Positions 38,407 to 40,275 of a stretch of 40,275 nucleotides of DNA are shown one piece after another (position 1 is the stretch's first letter; each line of letters opens with the position of its first letter). Source of the DNA: an uncultured Fidelibacterota bacterium (lineage in GTDB: Bacteria; Fidelibacterota; Marinisomatia; Marinisomatales; UBA1611); assembly GCA_913040915.1 (NCBI GenBank), contig CAJWHW010000018.1, positions 1-40,275 on the forward strand, in the 5' to 3' direction. The translations under genes and the position numbers were made by a program. The notes under the pieces were generated by a model that had not been told where the DNA came from, did not search any database, and saw only the letters and a list, made by a program, of their open reading frames with translations.

Positions 38407-40275
38407 ATGCTGAAAAGACAAAGCAATATCCATACCATCTATCATTCAACTACAATATTTACACTCTTTTTATTCATCTCATTTTCATTTGCCCAGCCCA
38501 CATTTACGGAGCATGCTATTTCCACAGATGTGAATGGTGCCTTTGATGTTCATGTTGCAGATGTAGATGGTGATGGTGACATGGATGTGCTATCTGCGTC
38601 TTGGAGCGATGGAATTGCCTGGCATGAAAATGATGGCAGTGAAAATTTTACCAGACATGATCTTGCGCAAAATTCATCCCGCAGTGTATATGCTATTGAT
38701 GTGGACAGTGATGGAGATATAGACATACTTGCTGGATTTTGGTGGACCGATATGATTGCCTGGTATGAGAATGACGGCAGCGAGAGCTTTACAGAGCATG
38801 TCATCTCCGATTCAGCTGATGGTCCTAGTTCTGTTCGTGCAGCGGATGTGGACTCTGACGGAGATATGGACGTGCTCTCTGCATCACGAACTGATGACAA
38901 GATCGCCTGGTACGAGAATGACGGTAACGAGAGCTTTACAGAGCATGTCATCTCCGATTCAGCTGATAGTCCCCTTTCTGTTCATGTAACGGATGTAGAT
39001 GGAGACGGAGATATGGATGTTCTCTCTGCATTATTCGATGATGACGAGATCACTTGGTATGAGAATGACGGCAGTGGGAGCTTCACGGAACATTCCGTCG
39101 ACACATTTGCGAATGGTCCCCAGTCTGTTTATGCAGCGGATGTGGACGGAGACGGGGACATGGACGTGCTTTCTGCAATTTTTTATCCTGATAAGATCGC
39201 CTGGTATGAGAATGACGGTAACGAGAGCTTTACAGAGCATGCCATCTCCACATCGGCGGAAGGTGCCTATTCTGTTTATGCAGCGGATGTGGATGGTGAC
39301 GGAAATATGGATGTTCTTTCCGCATCGAGAGAAAATAATCTGATTGCCTGGTATGAGAATGATGGTAGCGAGAGCTTTACGGAGCATACCATCTCCGATT
39401 CAGCTGATTATGCCTATTCTGTTTATGCAGCGGATTTGGATGGTGACGGAGACATGGATGTGCTCTCTGCAGCTTACAATGATGACAAGATCGCCTGGTA
39501 TGAGCAGGAAGGGAGCCTAAACAATGCTTTCCAACCCCAAACTACAGCAGAACTGCAGACAGCGGTAGACCTGTGGATCTCTGATAACGCGACAGCTCTA
39601 ACAACTTATGGTGAGATTAATACCTGGGATGTTTCTCTTGTTACGAATATGGCTACATTGTTTGAAAACAAATCGACATTCAATGATGATATATCTTCTT
39701 GGAATGTGTCTAGTGTAACAGATATGCAATACATGTTTTATAATGCTGACAGTTTTAATCAGGATATATCGGGGTGGGATGTTTCTAGTGTATCTGATAT
39801 GGAAAGAATGTTTGTAAGTACGGACTCGTTTAACCAGAACATATCAAACTGGGACGTATCCAGTGTGACCAATATGGGCGCTATGTTTAGTGGCACCTCT
39901 AATTTTAACCAAGATATTTCAAGTTGGGACGTATCCAGTGTGACCAATGTTGTCGCAATGTTTAGTAACGCCTCTAATTTTAACCAAGATATTTCAAGTT
40001 GGGATGTATCAAATGTGACGAGCACGGTACAGATGTTTTACAATGCCGATGCATTTGATCAAGATCTATCCGGCTGGGATGTATCAAATGTTACAAATAT
40101 GGCTCTAATGTTCAGTGGCGCTAGTTCATTATCAGAAGAAAACAAATGTGCGATCCATATGTCATTTTCTTCAAATCCAAATTGGCCCTATGATTGGGTT
40201 GAGTTTTGTGCCATCGATGGCTACACCTACGTGCCTGATGATAATTTTGAACAGGCCCTTATAGATCTAGGGTAT
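38407..40275 (+). CDS. Secreted FG-GAP/VCBS beta-propeller + BspA/DUF285 leucine-rich repeat surface protein, 3'-truncated by window edge (absent from ORF track)
   Basis: AGGAG 5 nt before ATG 38407; stop-free for 623 codons to the window end. Signal ...[10 protein letters not shown], 7x DVDGDGDMD...IAWYEN, 7x WDVSxVTxM, then [16 protein letters not shown]. Confidence 0.93.
   Translation, partial: MLKRQSNIHTIYHSTTIFTLFLFISFSFAQPTFTEHAISTDVNGAFDVHVADVDGDGDMDVLSASWSDGIAWHENDGSENFTRHDLAQNSSRSVYAIDVDSDGDIDILAGFWWTDMIAWYENDGSESFTEHVISDSADGPSSVRAADVDSDGDMDVLSASRTDDKIAWYENDGNESFTEHVISDSADSPLSVHVTDVDGDGDMDVLSALFDDDEITWYENDGSGSFTEHSVDTFANGPQSVYAADVDGDGDMDVLSAIFYPDKIAWYENDGNESFTEHAISTSAEGAYSVYAADVDGDGNMDVLSASRENNLIAWYENDGSESFTEHTISDSADYAYSVYAADLDGDGDMDVLSAAYNDDKIAWYEQEGSLNNAFQPQTTAELQTAVDLWISDNATALTTYGEINTWDVSLVTNMATLFENKSTFNDDISSWNVSSVTDMQYMFYNADSFNQDISGWDVSSVSDMERMFVSTDSFNQNISNWDVSSVTNMGAMFSGTSNFNQDISSWDVSSVTNVVAMFSNASNFNQDISSWDVSNVTSTVQMFYNADAFDQDLSGWDVSNVTNMALMFSGASSLSEENKCAIHMSFSSNPNWPYDWVEFCAIDGYTYVPDDNFEQALIDLGY
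38500..39503 (+). repeat. Seven intragenic FG-GAP repeats, 147-nt period
   Basis: First Asp codon of each DxDxDG loop lies at 38560, 38698, 38845, 38992, 39139, 39286 and 39433. A 40-nt block is identical at 38781-38820 and 38928-38967. Confidence 0.92.
39610..40130 (+). repeat. Seven intragenic BspA/DUF285 repeats, 75-nt period
   Basis: Trp codons of the W(D/N)VS motif lie at 39625, 39700, 39775, 39850, 39925, 40000 and 40075. Confidence 0.92.

Noticed and set aside
38550..40025. Track ORFs 38550-38951(-), 38756-38989(+), 38999-39343(+), 39031-39387(-), 39759-40025(-)
   Set aside because: Alternative-frame or antisense shadows of the repeat gene starting at 38407.
38500..40130. CRISPR array or DGR template/variable repeat
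   Set aside because: Periods are 147 and 75 nt, in frame and protein-coding. There are no cas or reverse transcriptase genes, and variable codons (TCA, CGA, TTA, TCG, AGA, GAA) are not limited to AAY-derived NNY codons.

Overview
An AT-rich bacterial chromosome segment read with the standard code. Lipoproteins, an outer-membrane barrel and a 'YPNPFNP' C-terminal sorting domain suggest a diderm FCB-group organism, possibly Marinimicrobia-like (inference only). In order, the window holds: GT2 and WecA-like glycosyltransferases, accA, a thioesterase, a DMT transporter, a partial leucine-catabolism cluster (liuC-liuE-liuB), ppiD, an MDR oxidoreductase, family-5 UDG, an M1 peptidase and tRNA-Ala. 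Then come a yciH / UshA-like / rhodanese / DoxX operon ending in tRNA-Gly, two paralogous Ig-repeat lipoproteins with neighbouring unknown envelope genes, a Yej/Opp-like ABC importer with an M3 oligoendopeptidase, tRNA-Cys and tRNA-Leu, and large secreted repeat proteins. The main result is that the ORF called at 14769 is the 3' part of a 397-aa lipoprotein starting at 14577. It has an in-frame UGA in a C-G-U motif, followed by a SECIS-like hairpin, so it is a probable selenoprotein. Its metallophosphatase motifs are degenerate, and it sits in an apparent operon with a Cys-pair rhodanese and a CGC-bearing DoxX/MauE protein, a candidate envelope Se/S redox relay. The ORF track also misses a >=623-codon FG-GAP + BspA repeat gene at 38407 that runs off the window. 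No CRISPR array, integrase, transposase or rRNA was seen.
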